From positions 1-25,543 of the IMG/VR virus record IMGVR_UViG_3300012943_000056: a DNA stretch of 25,543 nucleotides; one strand, 5' to 3'. Position numbers and translations under genes: made by a program. Of this stretch, positions 1 through 9,372 are shown piece by piece (the stretch's first letter is position 1; every line of letters begins with the position of its first letter). The notes beneath the pieces are model-generated. The model saw nothing but the letters and a program-made list of their open reading frames with translations, had not been told where the DNA came from and made no database searches. This DNA comes from a virus (Duplodnaviria > Caudoviricetes).

Positions 1-1
1 G

Positions 2-121
2 GTGACGATCAATCCGGATGTGGTGTCCGACGAGGACAAGACGGAGCTGCGCGCCCTCGGCTTCTTCCCTGATGATGAATACTGCGAGACATTCAAGTCG
101 TACCGGTTCGGCAGTGCATAA
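2..121 (+). CDS. 3' end of hypothetical phage protein (truncated by window)
   Basis: Open frame VTINPDVVSDEDKTELRALGFFPDDEYCETFKSYRFGSA ending TAA at 119-121; GC3-rich codons like neighbouring genes. Confidence 0.7.
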   Translation: MTINPDVVSDEDKTELRALGFFPDDEYCETFKSYRFGSA

Positions 122-130
122 GGAATTTCA

Positions 131-436
131 ATGATCAATCTCAAGCCACACATCGACATGCTGGGCCACAAGGTCCGCTGCCGCGTCACCGGATTCACCG
201 GCGTCGTCACCTCCATCTCGTTCGACCTGTACGGCTGCATCCAGGCAACCGTGCATCCTGGCCTCGGTGACGATGGCAAGTTCGGCGAGGTCCATTGGTT
301 CGACGTCTCGCGCCTCGAGTTCGTCAAGGGCAAGGCATCGAAGCCCGTGATGGATCCGCCTGAGTTCGACTGGACTCCTGAGATCGTGGTCGCTGGCCGC
401 AAGGGCCCAGCTGAGAAGCCAGCCGGCAAGGTCTGA
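131..436 (+). CDS. hypothetical phage protein (101 aa)
   Basis: SD AAGGA upstream; typical codon usage; TGA overlaps the next ATG. Confidence 0.8.
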   Translation: MINLKPHIDMLGHKVRCRVTGFTGVVTSISFDLYGCIQATVHPGLGDDGKFGEVHWFDVSRLEFVKGKASKPVMDPPEFDWTPEIVVAGRKGPAEKPAGKV

Positions 437-687
437 TGAGGCTCTCCGCCACATCGAAGGCTCTCGTCGATCGTCTCGCGAATGCGGACGACGAGGCGCA
501 GCGCCAGCTCGCCAAGACGAAGCTTACGAGGCACATCGCCGCGTTGGAGTCCAGCTTGGCAACCACGGACACAGCGTACCAGGCTGCCGCCGCGAGGCTC
601 CGCAAGGTGGCCCGCGTCGGGCGTCGCGACCGCATCCAGAACGACCAGCAGCTGACATCGCTGCGCCGCCGCGTGGCGTCAACGTAA
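436..687 (+). CDS. hypothetical coiled-coil protein (83 aa)
   Basis: TGATG coupling with upstream gene; helical Ala/Arg/Leu-rich sequence. Confidence 0.65.
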   Translation: MRLSATSKALVDRLANADDEAQRQLAKTKLTRHIAALESSLATTDTAYQAAAARLRKVARVGRRDRIQNDQQLTSLRRRVAST

Positions 688-703
688 TCACGAGGGTTTC
701 AAT

Positions 704-1198
704 ATGAAGGGTTTACTTTTCGTCGGCAGTCTGATCAGCCTGCTCATCTGTTCGATCATCATGATTGTCCTCAGTGTTCGCATGAACCAGGACATGGGCG
801 GCTACCTGGCGCGAGCATCGCACGCCAACACCATCGAGATGGCCGTGTCAAACCTGGAGCCGGCGATTGCGTACATCGAGCAGCACCGGCTTACCGACGG
901 CTACACCTCGGTGCTCTGGCGCACTCCGGACGAGGACATTGGCTACTGGTACCAGAACCTCAAGGCGTCAATCACCGAATTGCAGGGCATTTCTCCGGAT
1001 TCCAGCCTGCTGGAGCGCACGAACGTGCTCATGAAGCTCCGCGAGACCCTGACCAGGGACAGTGGCGAGAGCGGCACGAGCATCGTGGTCCCGGACGGAC
1101 TGTCCAGGTACCCGAGCAACACGCTCTTCGGGTTCTGGTTCTGGCTGTCGTTCCTGCTATTCGCTGGCACCGGGATCGCGTTCCTCGTCGAGTATTGA
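704..1198 (+). CDS. two-TM membrane protein (164 aa)
   Basis: N- and C-terminal hydrophobic segments; SD GAGGG. Confidence 0.8.
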   Translation: MKGLLFVGSLISLLICSIIMIVLSVRMNQDMGGYLARASHANTIEMAVSNLEPAIAYIEQHRLTDGYTSVLWRTPDEDIGYWYQNLKASITELQGISPDSSLLERTNVLMKLRETLTRDSGESGTSIVVPDGLSRYPSNTLFGFWFWLSFLLFAGTGIAFLVEY

Positions 1199-1227
1199 TA
1201 TACATCGGCGACCGGGCCGTGTATAAT
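1199..1227 (+). promoter_or_regulatory. sigma70-like promoter
   Basis: TATACA-17 nt-TATAAT upstream of the 1260 gene. Confidence 0.6.
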
Positions 1228-1259
1228 GGCCCTGATGAGCGGATCTCCAGAGGATAGAC

Positions 1260-3833
1260 ATGGCCCTTATTGACCAGGATCGTTTCAAGTACCTTCTGGA
1301 CTTCGAGAAGTACGCTCGATTCATCGCCGGCACCTTCAAGATCGAGGTCATCTTCGATTCCGTTGAGGCCAAGACCGACGGCAACGTCATCTACCTCCCG
1401 AACATCGCGACCATGTCGGCCCGTGAGGTCGACATGCTGTACGCCATCCTCCTCCACGAGGTTGGACACATCAAGTACTCCACCTTCGACCGTGAGTACT
1501 TCGAGCAGCTCAAGACCCAGGCGCACGCCTTCCTCGCCAACGCCATCGAGGACGCCCGCATCGAGAACCTGCTGATCGGCGAGTTCGACGGCGCGCGCGA
1601 CATGTTCGACAAGCTGTACTGCGACTTCACCAACGACAAGGCGTTGATGAAGAAGGTGTTCAAGCACGACGACAAGAAGCCCAGCCTGTTCACGGCCCTC
1701 GGCTTCTACGTGCACAACGTTCTCGTCGACTGCGATACTCCGGAGCTCGAGGTGATCGTCGGCCCGCGCAACGCCGGGCAGATCATGAACTTCTGGAACG
1801 ACTACAACGTCGACGACGTGCTGCGCCGCCACCGCCTCGCCACGCCGAACGACGTGCTGAAGATCACCAACGAGATCTACGACCTCTTCACCAAGATGGT
1901 CGAGGACAAGTCCGACAAGCTCAGCTACAAGAAGGTCGAGGATCAGAAGGACGCGACCAACGACATCCTCGACATGCTTGCCAAGGAGGCCGAGAAGGCC
2001 GAGGCGCAGATCGCCAAGCTCCGCGAAAAGGTCCGCGACCTCGACGCGCAAATCGCCGACTACGACGCCAAGCACCCGGAGCTCGAGGAGCTCGAGCGCA
2101 CCGAGGCCGAGTACAAGGAGAAGGCGGAGGACGCACGCACCAAGTTCAAGAGCGCCCGCAAGGCTGACAAGGCCGGCTACCAGGCCGATCGCAACATCCA
2201 GCGCGCCGAGAGCCTGAACAAGCGACTCGACGCCCTCCAGGCCGAGCTGCAGGGTCTGCAGGAGACGCTCGACCGTGGCACCAGCGAGAAGACCGGCAAG
2301 CCGCTCTCGCAGCAGCGGCTCGAGGCGCTGCAGGCCAGGATCGACAAGAAGAACGACTCGATCAAGAATACCAACGACCGCATCGCCGTGCTGGACGCAG
2401 AGGCGCAGGACCTCGTGCAGGAGCGCGAGCAGCTGCAGGGTGCCATCGGCGCGGCGACGACCGACGATCTCAACAAGCTCGTGGACGAGGTCTACGGGAA
2501 GCTGAACGACGTCCACGGTCAGCTCACCAAGATCAACTCCGGCAAGTCGAACCTCATCGCCGACCGACAGAAGATCAAGAATCAGATGAGTGGCATTCGC
2601 GACGGCATCTCCAAGCAGGTGTCCAAGATGGTGCTCGACGCCGTCAAGGCCGGCCTCCTGCCCGAAGGCACCCTGCCGGACTTGAACTACGTCGAGGACT
2701 GGCCGGAGGCCGCAGCAGCGCAGGAGCAGTTCGACGAGTTCGCCTCCGATCGGCTCGGCGGCCTCGTGCGCAACGGCATGGGCGCCGGTCTGTTCGGCAC
2801 CAACATCCGCGACATCGTGATCTACATCGATGCCACCAAGGCGGACGTCGACGCCATCGACGTGTCCAAGCTCTTCAAGGAGAAGCTGCAGGTCTCGAGG
2901 TTCGACGACCTCAACGACTTCGAGCGCGACTTCAACGATCGCGAGGACACCGGCGAGGTCGGCAACATCCGAATCGGGCGCGAGCTCATCCCGGTCACGA
3001 CCCAGTACGACTCGGTTCGTCGCGAGACGTCGTCGACGGCGATGCCAGAGGTTGCTAAGCTGCTCGCCAAGAATGGCAGCTTCTACCGCGACCTCGAGCG
3101 CATCTTCCAGAAGAAGTTCAAGTTCGCCAAGAAGGACTACTGGCGCGGCGGCAAGGAGGAGGGAGACCTCGACGCCCGCAGCCTGTGGAAGATTCCGACC
3201 GGGCAGGGCGACGACTTCTATGAGAGGAACGAGCGCAAGCCGATCAACAAGACGATCGCCTCGATTCTCGTCGACATCTCCGGCTCGCAGAACAAGGAGG
3301 ACACGGACTACGGCAAGCGCATCCAGGAGCTCGTCCTCGGCCTCTCCACCGCCCTGGACAAGGTCTACATCAAGCACGAGATCCTCGGCTACCACGCGCC
3401 GGTCTGCTCCGCGATGAGCGACATGAAGGCCGCGGCGTCCTACGGCCGCAAGAGCAACCGGCTCGAGACGGTCGTGTACAAGGAGATGTCCCAGAAGGAC
3501 AAGTCCGGCATCATGAACATCCTGCCGCAGCTGACCGACAACTCGGACGGCGAGTCCATGCGAGTCGCGCTCAAGCGCCTCAAGAAGGAGAACGCGAAGT
3601 CCAGGATCATGTTCGTCATCAGCGACGGCAAGCCGATGCTGAGCAACGTCGACATGGACCTGCTGGACAGTGACTTCGCCTCGGCCATCGATCAGGCGAG
3701 GCGCGACAAGGTTCAGGTGGTCGGCCTGGGCTACTTCGACCAGCTGCGCTATTTCCTCGGGGAAAGATTCTGCAATGCGGGCAACGAACGTGGCATAATC
3801 GAGTTCTTCGATCGGACGAACTTCGGAGTTTAG
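1260..3833 (+). CDS. CobT-like protein: N-terminal HEXXH metallopeptidase-like domain, central coiled coil, C-terminal vWA/MIDAS domain
   Basis: LLHEVGH and NAIEDARIE motifs; long heptad region; MIDAS ILVDISGSQ, NSDGES and FVISDG. Confidence 0.85.
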   Translation: MALIDQDRFKYLLDFEKYARFIAGTFKIEVIFDSVEAKTDGNVIYLPNIATMSAREVDMLYAILLHEVGHIKYSTFDREYFEQLKTQAHAFLANAIEDARIENLLIGEFDGARDMFDKLYCDFTNDKALMKKVFKHDDKKPSLFTALGFYVHNVLVDCDTPELEVIVGPRNAGQIMNFWNDYNVDDVLRRHRLATPNDVLKITNEIYDLFTKMVEDKSDKLSYKKVEDQKDATNDILDMLAKEAEKAEAQIAKLREKVRDLDAQIADYDAKHPELEELERTEAEYKEKAEDARTKFKSARKADKAGYQADRNIQRAESLNKRLDALQAELQGLQETLDRGTSEKTGKPLSQQRLEALQARIDKKNDSIKNTNDRIAVLDAEAQDLVQEREQLQGAIGAATTDDLNKLVDEVYGKLNDVHGQLTKINSGKSNLIADRQKIKNQMSGIRDGISKQVSKMVLDAVKAGLLPEGTLPDLNYVEDWPEAAAAQEQFDEFASDRLGGLVRNGMGAGLFGTNIRDIVIYIDATKADVDAIDVSKLFKEKLQVSRFDDLNDFERDFNDREDTGEVGNIRIGRELIPVTTQYDSVRRETSSTAMPEVAKLLAKNGSFYRDLERIFQKKFKFAKKDYWRGGKEEGDLDARSLWKIPTGQGDDFYERNERKPINKTIASILVDISGSQNKEDTDYGKRIQELVLGLSTALDKVYIKHEILGYHAPVCSAMSDMKAAASYGRKSNRLETVVYKEMSQKDKSGIMNILPQLTDNSDGESMRVALKRLKKENAKSRIMFVISDGKPMLSNVDMDLLDSDFASAIDQARRDKVQVVGLGYFDQLRYFLGERFCNAGNERGIIEFFDRTNFGV

Positions 3834-3834
3834 A

Positions 3835-4035
3835 ATGACAGCAATCTGGTTCCTCATCATCGTCGCGACCAGCCCGTACGAGGGTGGCACCTCCATTGAG
3901 AAGGTGAAGATGGTCAGCCGCGAGCAGTGCGTCGAGCAGGCCAAGTTCATCAACAGCGGCCCGCTCAGCCTCCAGTCGAAGGGACCTGTGCCATTCCTCC
4001 TGACCAAGGCCGCCTGCGTCCAGGGTGCCGGCTGA
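3835..4035 (+). CDS. small exported hypothetical protein (66 aa)
   Basis: Hydrophobic N-terminus, two Cys, tightly coupled to neighbours. Confidence 0.65.
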   Translation: MTAIWFLIIVATSPYEGGTSIEKVKMVSREQCVEQAKFINSGPLSLQSKGPVPFLLTKAACVQGAG

Positions 4036-5177
4036 TGGTCAACATCACGCTGCTGTGGTACCTGCTGGTGCCACTGTTCCTGTCTGCACTGACCATCATC
4101 TTAGTCAGGAAGTGGCAGCCGAACATCGAGCTCGGCCAGATCATCGGCCTAACCGCTGGCGGTCTGGTCATCAGTTGTCTCATCATGACCGGCGCGTTCT
4201 ACGCGGGCAAGGGGTCGAAGACCGGTGACACAGAGATTCTCAACGGCGAGGTGATTCGCAAGGACCGTGTGCACGACTCGTATGTCCGATCGTACCAGTG
4301 CAACTGCTACACGACTACGGACTCCGAAGGCCACTCGACAGAGCACTGCTCAACATGCTACGAGGATCATTACACTGTTGATTGGACGTGCTCCACGAAC
4401 ATCGGCAAGTACACCATCAAGGCGCTCGACGAGACGTCGAAGCGGGTCTACAACTCGCCGGATCCGCAGCGCTGGGTCATCATCAAGCCTGGCGATCCCG
4501 TGTCGGGCAGCCACAACTACACCAACTACATCAAGGCCGTGCCTGAGACCCTGTTCCGCCCGGCATCGGAGAGCATCAAGGCAAAGTACGTCGGGCAGTT
4601 GCCGGCATATCCTGGCAGCGTGTATGACTTCTACCATGTTGACAGGGTCCTGCCGGTCGGCGTGCGCGTGCCAGATCTCAGGGCTTGGAATGACAAGTTG
4701 TCAGAGGCGCTCAAGAAGCTCGGCCCGCAGAAGCAGGCCAACGCCGTGATAGTGCTGACCAAGTACGACAGCGACGACTACTTCTTCGCACTTCAGGACG
4801 AGTGGAAGAATGGCAAGAAGAACGACATCGTGGTCGTGGTCGGTGCGCCGAATTTCCCAGCCAAGGCCTCCTGGGTGAGGATCATGGCCCTGACGCGGGA
4901 CGAGATCTTCCAGGTCAAGCTGCGTGACAGGATCCAGGCCATGGAGACGCTCACCGCCGACGGCGTGGTCGAGGCGATCCGCGACGAGGGCTTCGCCACG
5001 TTCAAGCGCAAGTCGATGAAGGATTTCCAGTACCTGGACGCCGAGATCGACCCGCCGGACTGGCTGATGAATTTGATGTCCACGCTCATCACGATCGCGT
5101 ATGCCGGGTTTCTCATTTACATATATCGGCAGGGTAGACTGAACAGTTACGGCATGCCGAGATATCGGCGGTATTGA
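4035..5177 (+). CDS. membrane protein with Cys-rich segment and TPM-like extracytoplasmic domain
   Basis: ATG overlaps upstream TGA (better start than 3927); two N-terminal TMs and one C-terminal TM; YQCNC..CSTC; WKNGKKNDIVVVVG resembles TPM domains; adjacent to LemA-like gene. Confidence 0.7.
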   Translation: MVNITLLWYLLVPLFLSALTIILVRKWQPNIELGQIIGLTAGGLVISCLIMTGAFYAGKGSKTGDTEILNGEVIRKDRVHDSYVRSYQCNCYTTTDSEGHSTEHCSTCYEDHYTVDWTCSTNIGKYTIKALDETSKRVYNSPDPQRWVIIKPGDPVSGSHNYTNYIKAVPETLFRPASESIKAKYVGQLPAYPGSVYDFYHVDRVLPVGVRVPDLRAWNDKLSEALKKLGPQKQANAVIVLTKYDSDDYFFALQDEWKNGKKNDIVVVVGAPNFPAKASWVRIMALTRDEIFQVKLRDRIQAMETLTADGVVEAIRDEGFATFKRKSMKDFQYLDAEIDPPDWLMNLMSTLITIAYAGFLIYIYRQGRLNSYGMPRYRRY

Positions 5178-5178
5178 T

Positions 5179-5200
5179 TAGTTTCAACATAGTTTCAACA
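5179..5200 (+). repeat. 11-bp tandem direct repeat TAGTTTCAACA x2
   Basis: Exact duplication immediately before the SD of the 5206 gene. Confidence 0.8.
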
Positions 5201-5205
5201 GGAGA

Positions 5206-5787
5206 ATGAAGATGAAGTCGATGCAACGTGGAAGCGGCCTGGTGGCCGTACTTGTGGTGCTTGGATTGCTGGTGGTTGTGGGCCTGACGATCTTCGGATC
5301 GTACGTGTCCGCCAACAACTACGGCGTCACGATGGAAGAGCAGCTGAAGGCCGCTCAGACCGATGCCAAGAACGTGTACGCTCAGTACGGCCAGAAGGTC
5401 GCTGAGGTGGCGCAGGTGCCGGCGATGTACCGCGATGACCTGACCAAGGTTGTCACCGCCGCGATCGAGGGTCGCTACGGCGAGGGTGGCTCGAAGGCCG
5501 TGTTCCAGATGATCCAGGAGCAGAACCCGTCGCTCGATCCTTCGCTCTACGTGAAGATTCAGCAGGTCATCGAGGCCGGCCGCAGCAACTTCGAGAACGC
5601 GCAGCGCCGTCAGATCGACCTGACCCGGCAGTACAAGACGAAGCTCGGCTTCTTCTGGAGCGGCTTCTGGCTGAAGACCGCCGGCTATCCGAAGATCAAC
5701 TTCGATGATTTCAAGATCATCACGACCAACAAGGCCGAGGCGGTCTTCGAGGCCGGCAAGGAAGAAGGCCCGATCCAGCTGCGCTGA
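5206..5787 (+). CDS. LemA-like membrane-anchored helical protein
   Basis: N-terminal TM followed by SYVSANN, helical bundle, QIQEQNPSL, IEAGRSNFENAQ and a C-terminal F..GF. Confidence 0.7.
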   Translation: MKMKSMQRGSGLVAVLVVLGLLVVVGLTIFGSYVSANNYGVTMEEQLKAAQTDAKNVYAQYGQKVAEVAQVPAMYRDDLTKVVTAAIEGRYGEGGSKAVFQMIQEQNPSLDPSLYVKIQQVIEAGRSNFENAQRRQIDLTRQYKTKLGFFWSGFWLKTAGYPKINFDDFKIITTNKAEAVFEAGKEEGPIQLR

Positions 5788-5790
5788 TCG

Positions 5791-5819
5791 TGTAATCCCA
5801 GGTCGGCATGCGCTATAAT
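5791..5819 (+). promoter_or_regulatory. sigma70-like promoter
   Basis: TGTAAT-17 nt-TATAAT in the intergenic gap. Confidence 0.55.
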
Positions 5820-5842
5820 GATCGCATGCTGACTCAGGGGCG

Positions 5843-6349
5843 ATGATGACGAAGACAGTAGATCAAGACGCACGCGCCTTCCTGACCAAGATTCAGAAGG
5901 GCAAGGATCTCAACAAGCTCAAGGCGGGGCTGCTCCCACCGGGGCTCGAGGATCGCAAGAACGTGCTCGACCTGAACATCGCCATCGGGCTCGACGTGTC
6001 CGGTAGCATCTCGCGGCAGGACTTCAACAAGTTCATGGCCCAGCTCGACGCCATCAAGGGCCTGAGTCGGGTGAAGGTGATCGAGGTCGACACCCAGGTC
6101 GTCGCCATGTACGACTACTACAAGTCCGGCAGCGGTGCCAAGATTGCCAGACTCGGCGGTGGCGGTGGCACAGTGTTCGCTCCGGCATTCGCAAAGTTCA
6201 AGCAGCTCAAGCCGGACGCCATCCTGTTCATGACGGACGGCGACGTGGCTGGAGAGTGCGCAGCTCCCGGCATTCCGACCGGGTGGATCATGACCAACGA
6301 TCGACCGCCGCCCTACGGGTTCGGCGAGGTCGTCGTGAGACTGAGGTAA
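5843..6349 (+). CDS. stand-alone vWA (MIDAS) domain protein
   Basis: IGLDVSGSI, GGGGT and FMTDG motifs. Confidence 0.85.
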   Translation: MMTKTVDQDARAFLTKIQKGKDLNKLKAGLLPPGLEDRKNVLDLNIAIGLDVSGSISRQDFNKFMAQLDAIKGLSRVKVIEVDTQVVAMYDYYKSGSGAKIARLGGGGGTVFAPAFAKFKQLKPDAILFMTDGDVAGECAAPGIPTGWIMTNDRPPPYGFGEVVVRLR

Positions 6350-6351
6350 CC

Positions 6352-6732
6352 ATGCAACTGACCGACAAGACCACGATCCTCTCTGCGGCGGAGCTGACCC
6401 GCCTGGGCTACCGTCGCGTGAGCAACGCGTACCAGCACGTCTCCAGGATCGATCGTGAGGACTGGATCCTCAAGCTCGCCGCACACCTCGACCGCGCGCC
6501 GGCCGACCTGTTCATCGTGCACGAGCATCGCGAGGGACCCGGCGTTCACTACCGCGTCGGCAAGCGTGTGTCCGGCGGATGGTGCGACTACTACCGCCGC
6601 TGCCTGTCGAAGGACACCCTGACCATCTCTGACCTCGCCACGTTCCGTGCCATCCCAGGCAGCGGCCACGACGACTGTGGCTACGTGGATCCAGAAACGA
6701 AGATCGAGGCGCTGCACCGAACAGGCCTGTGA
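6352..6732 (+). CDS. hypothetical protein (126 aa)
   Basis: SD GAGGT with ATG at 6352, rather than the overlapping 6256 start. Confidence 0.7.
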   Translation: MQLTDKTTILSAAELTRLGYRRVSNAYQHVSRIDREDWILKLAAHLDRAPADLFIVHEHREGPGVHYRVGKRVSGGWCDYYRRCLSKDTLTISDLATFRAIPGSGHDDCGYVDPETKIEALHRTGL

Positions 6733-7157
6733 TGGATCTCGACGGCGACGCACCCAAGGACGGGGTGCTATTCCAGGAGTACCTCAGGGACCCGTTCTGG
6801 ATGATCGTGGCGTGCTCCCTGGTCAACCTGACCAACTGGAGCAAGGCCAAGTACGCCCACGCCGAACTCGTGGAGCGATACCACGACCCCTATGGATTGG
6901 CCACCGCGCCAGAGGACGAGCTGCAGGAGATACTGCGACCGCTCGGCCTGTGGCGCAGGCGGACCAAGTCTCTGTACGCGCTTGCTGGAAGGTGGCTCAA
7001 GGACGGCCCACCGAGGTCGGCGAGGGACGTGTTGGATCTGCCTGGGTGCGGCCAGTATGCCGCCGATAGCTGGGCCATCTTCGTGGATGGCAGTCTCGAC
7101 GTCTATCCGTCGGACGGGAAGCTGAGGTGGTACCTCAGCCGTTTAAGAACTCGTTGA
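6732..7157 (+). CDS. HhH-GPD DNA glycosylase, MBD4-like
   Basis: DPFWMIVACSLVNLT, LRPLGL, HhH LPGCGQYAADSWAIF and catalytic Asp in DGKL parallel the MBD4 glycosylase domain. Confidence 0.8.
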   Translation: MDLDGDAPKDGVLFQEYLRDPFWMIVACSLVNLTNWSKAKYAHAELVERYHDPYGLATAPEDELQEILRPLGLWRRRTKSLYALAGRWLKDGPPRSARDVLDLPGCGQYAADSWAIFVDGSLDVYPSDGKLRWYLSRLRTR

Positions 7158-7392
7158 GGACGTTGATCTTGGCCTCGAGCTCGACCTTCTTGGCCTGAAG
7201 GATCGCCAGGGCGCTGTCCACCGCGCCGACGCCGTTGTCGTTCACGTACATCCGGATGTGCTTGCCGCTGCTGAGTTCGGTGATTGTGGCCCGCGTGAAC
7301 TTGTGCTCGTCTTGCAGGTTCTTCAGGTACTCCGGCGAGAACGTTTCCATTGCTTTCTTCCTCTGGCGCGATTGTTGTAGCCATTTTATCAT
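7135..7392 (-). CDS. hypothetical coiled-coil protein (85 aa)
   Basis: Only plausible ORF in the gap; phage-like codon usage on the minus strand. Confidence 0.65.
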   Translation of the reverse strand: MIKWLQQSRQRKKAMETFSPEYLKNLQDEHKFTRATITELSSGKHIRMYVNDNGVGAVDSALAILQAKKVELEAKINVLNEFLNG

Positions 7393-7428
7393 GATCTATT
7401 TATTTGTCGAATCCAATAGGATTTCTGG

Positions 7429-7436
7429 GATAAATA
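7429..7436 (+). promoter_or_regulatory. T4-like late promoter (GATAAATA)
   Basis: ATAAATA core just upstream of the structural block; recurs before other genes. Confidence 0.65.
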
Positions 7437-7458
7437 TCCTATTGGACGAGGATATCAA

Positions 7459-9369
7459 ATGAATAGCACCGAATTGATTCTGGATGGCCGCGGAATGACC
7501 GTCTCGATGGTCAAGAACGGCACAGTTGGGACGATCACCTGGACCCTGCCGCCCCAGAAGGTGGCGTATGCTGGTGCCGTGGTGTTGCTCTCGCCCCAGA
7601 AGCTCACGATGGCCGAGCAGCCGATCGATGGCACCAGGTACATGGCCTCCACGGTGTATGGCACCCCAAACCCGACGGACGGCATGATCGGCGGCGCCCA
7701 GGTCGTCGCAGCCTTCTACGGCTACTTTGGCGATGACATCGACCAGCTCACGGTGGACGTCACCGGCCTCGACGCCAACACGATCTACTATGCCTCGGTC
7801 CACGCCGCCTCGGGCATTCTCCAGTACTACAAGAAGGGTGTACAGTCGTACGTAGTCGAGACGACGAAGAACAATATCTACACCGGCTCGATCGAGCGAC
7901 ACGATCAGGCATGGCGCGACGACCCAGCCAACCAGATCCCGGGCAAGGTATACTACGACGTCAACGACGGCGCGGTCTACGTCTGGATAGAGGACGCCAG
8001 CTCCGAGGGCGGCGGATGGAGCAAGGCCGGCGATAACATCATGACCAGCAATGGTCAGCCGAGCATCGACATCGCTTCTATCTTCAATATCCGCGGCCTC
8101 GAGGACCTGTGGTTCTTCAACGGCGTGGAGTGGGAGGCGGCCGACGGCAGCAACATGCGCACCAGGATGCGCGATGGTGCGTGGCAGCCGTTCCAGGGAA
8201 TCATTCCGGTCGGATCGTATCCGGCCGACGGCCTGCCTGGCCAATTCGTCTGCATCGACATGAAGGCGAGCGTCGCCGCGCCGACGACCTCCTACATCAA
8301 GTACTGCGACGACGTCTACATCGCCGGCGAGCAGCCGAAGTACGCGAACCCATCACCAACAAATGTTCAGGTGTGGATCAATGGGCAGTGGGTGGCTATC
8401 AAGCCGTTCTCGTACAACAGCCACATCGGCCAATCCGAACTGCCGACCATCCCTGAAGTCGGCGACTTCTTCTACAACAAGACGACCCGGAAGCTGCTCA
8501 CGTGGGTGGGTTCGACCTGGGTTGAGGCCAACACCAGCCAGGAGGGCGACCCGTCGACCATCAAGTTGGACGTCGGCACGGATGGCACCGATGAGGCCTT
8601 CAAGAACCTGCTGAAGGACGTGAAGACCAAGCTCGGCTACCCGAAGGTCTGCGTCGAGCTCGACGAGGATCACTTCATCCTGGCTGGCAGGAACGCGATT
8701 GCCAAGTTCAGGCAGCGCGCTGACAATGCCTATCAGCAGGCATTCGTCCCGTTCACGATCATCGGCGGCTTCACCGAGGGCCAGGACACGTACTACCTCA
8801 ACGACCCGCGCGACGGCACCGACCGCATCATCAACATACTGAAGATCCACCGCATCAACCAGCTCGGCATCTCGTCGCTATCGGCGGAGACCGGACTGTA
8901 CGCGCAGGCGTTCTACAACCAGCTCTATCAGGGCCCGAACATCGACGTCACGAGCATCTGGCTCGTGAGCCAGCTCTCCGAGCTGTACGAGAAGATCTTC
9001 GCCGGCAACCTGATGTTCACGTGGAACGAGGCGCGCCGTGAGCTGCGACTCATCCGCCGCTCGAACCTGAAGAGCGAGCGCGTTGTGCTCGAGGCCGTGC
9101 TCGAGAAGACGGCGCAGGAGCTGATCAAGGATCGCTATGCCTTCAACTGGCTGCAGGATTGGGCATACGCCGAGGCCATGGAAATGCTCGGCCAGATCCG
9201 CTCCAAGTACACCTCCGGCCTCGCGTCTGCGTCCGGCAGCCTCGGCCTCAACGGCGACCTGCTGCTCACTCGCTCGACTGAGCTGAAGACCGAGCTGCTG
9301 CGCCAACTGAACGACTACGAGGTTGGCAACGGTGGCGCCGAGTGGGGCGCAGCGTTCTTGATAGGGTGA
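7459..9369 (+). CDS. neck/head-tail adaptor (T4 gp13-like) with long N-terminal extension
   Basis: C-terminal KLGYPKVCVELDEDH, WLQDWAYA..GQIRSKY and LNGD motifs of the gp13 family; synteny with gp14/gp15/gp18. Confidence 0.8.
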   Translation: MNSTELILDGRGMTVSMVKNGTVGTITWTLPPQKVAYAGAVVLLSPQKLTMAEQPIDGTRYMASTVYGTPNPTDGMIGGAQVVAAFYGYFGDDIDQLTVDVTGLDANTIYYASVHAASGILQYYKKGVQSYVVETTKNNIYTGSIERHDQAWRDDPANQIPGKVYYDVNDGAVYVWIEDASSEGGGWSKAGDNIMTSNGQPSIDIASIFNIRGLEDLWFFNGVEWEAADGSNMRTRMRDGAWQPFQGIIPVGSYPADGLPGQFVCIDMKASVAAPTTSYIKYCDDVYIAGEQPKYANPSPTNVQVWINGQWVAIKPFSYNSHIGQSELPTIPEVGDFFYNKTTRKLLTWVGSTWVEANTSQEGDPSTIKLDVGTDGTDEAFKNLLKDVKTKLGYPKVCVELDEDHFILAGRNAIAKFRQRADNAYQQAFVPFTIIGGFTEGQDTYYLNDPRDGTDRIINILKIHRINQLGISSLSAETGLYAQAFYNQLYQGPNIDVTSIWLVSQLSELYEKIFAGNLMFTWNEARRELRLIRRSNLKSERVVLEAVLEKTAQELIKDRYAFNWLQDWAYAEAMEMLGQIRSKYTSGLASASGSLGLNGDLLLTRSTELKTELLRQLNDYEVGNGGAEWGAAFLIG

Positions 9370-9372
9370 TGC

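Noticed and set aside
1029-4007. 992-aa minus-strand ORF (also 13964-14944, 22512-23498, 7396-8244 and 12224-12958)
   Set aside because: Antisense shadows of GC3-biased plus-strand genes that carry clear motifs
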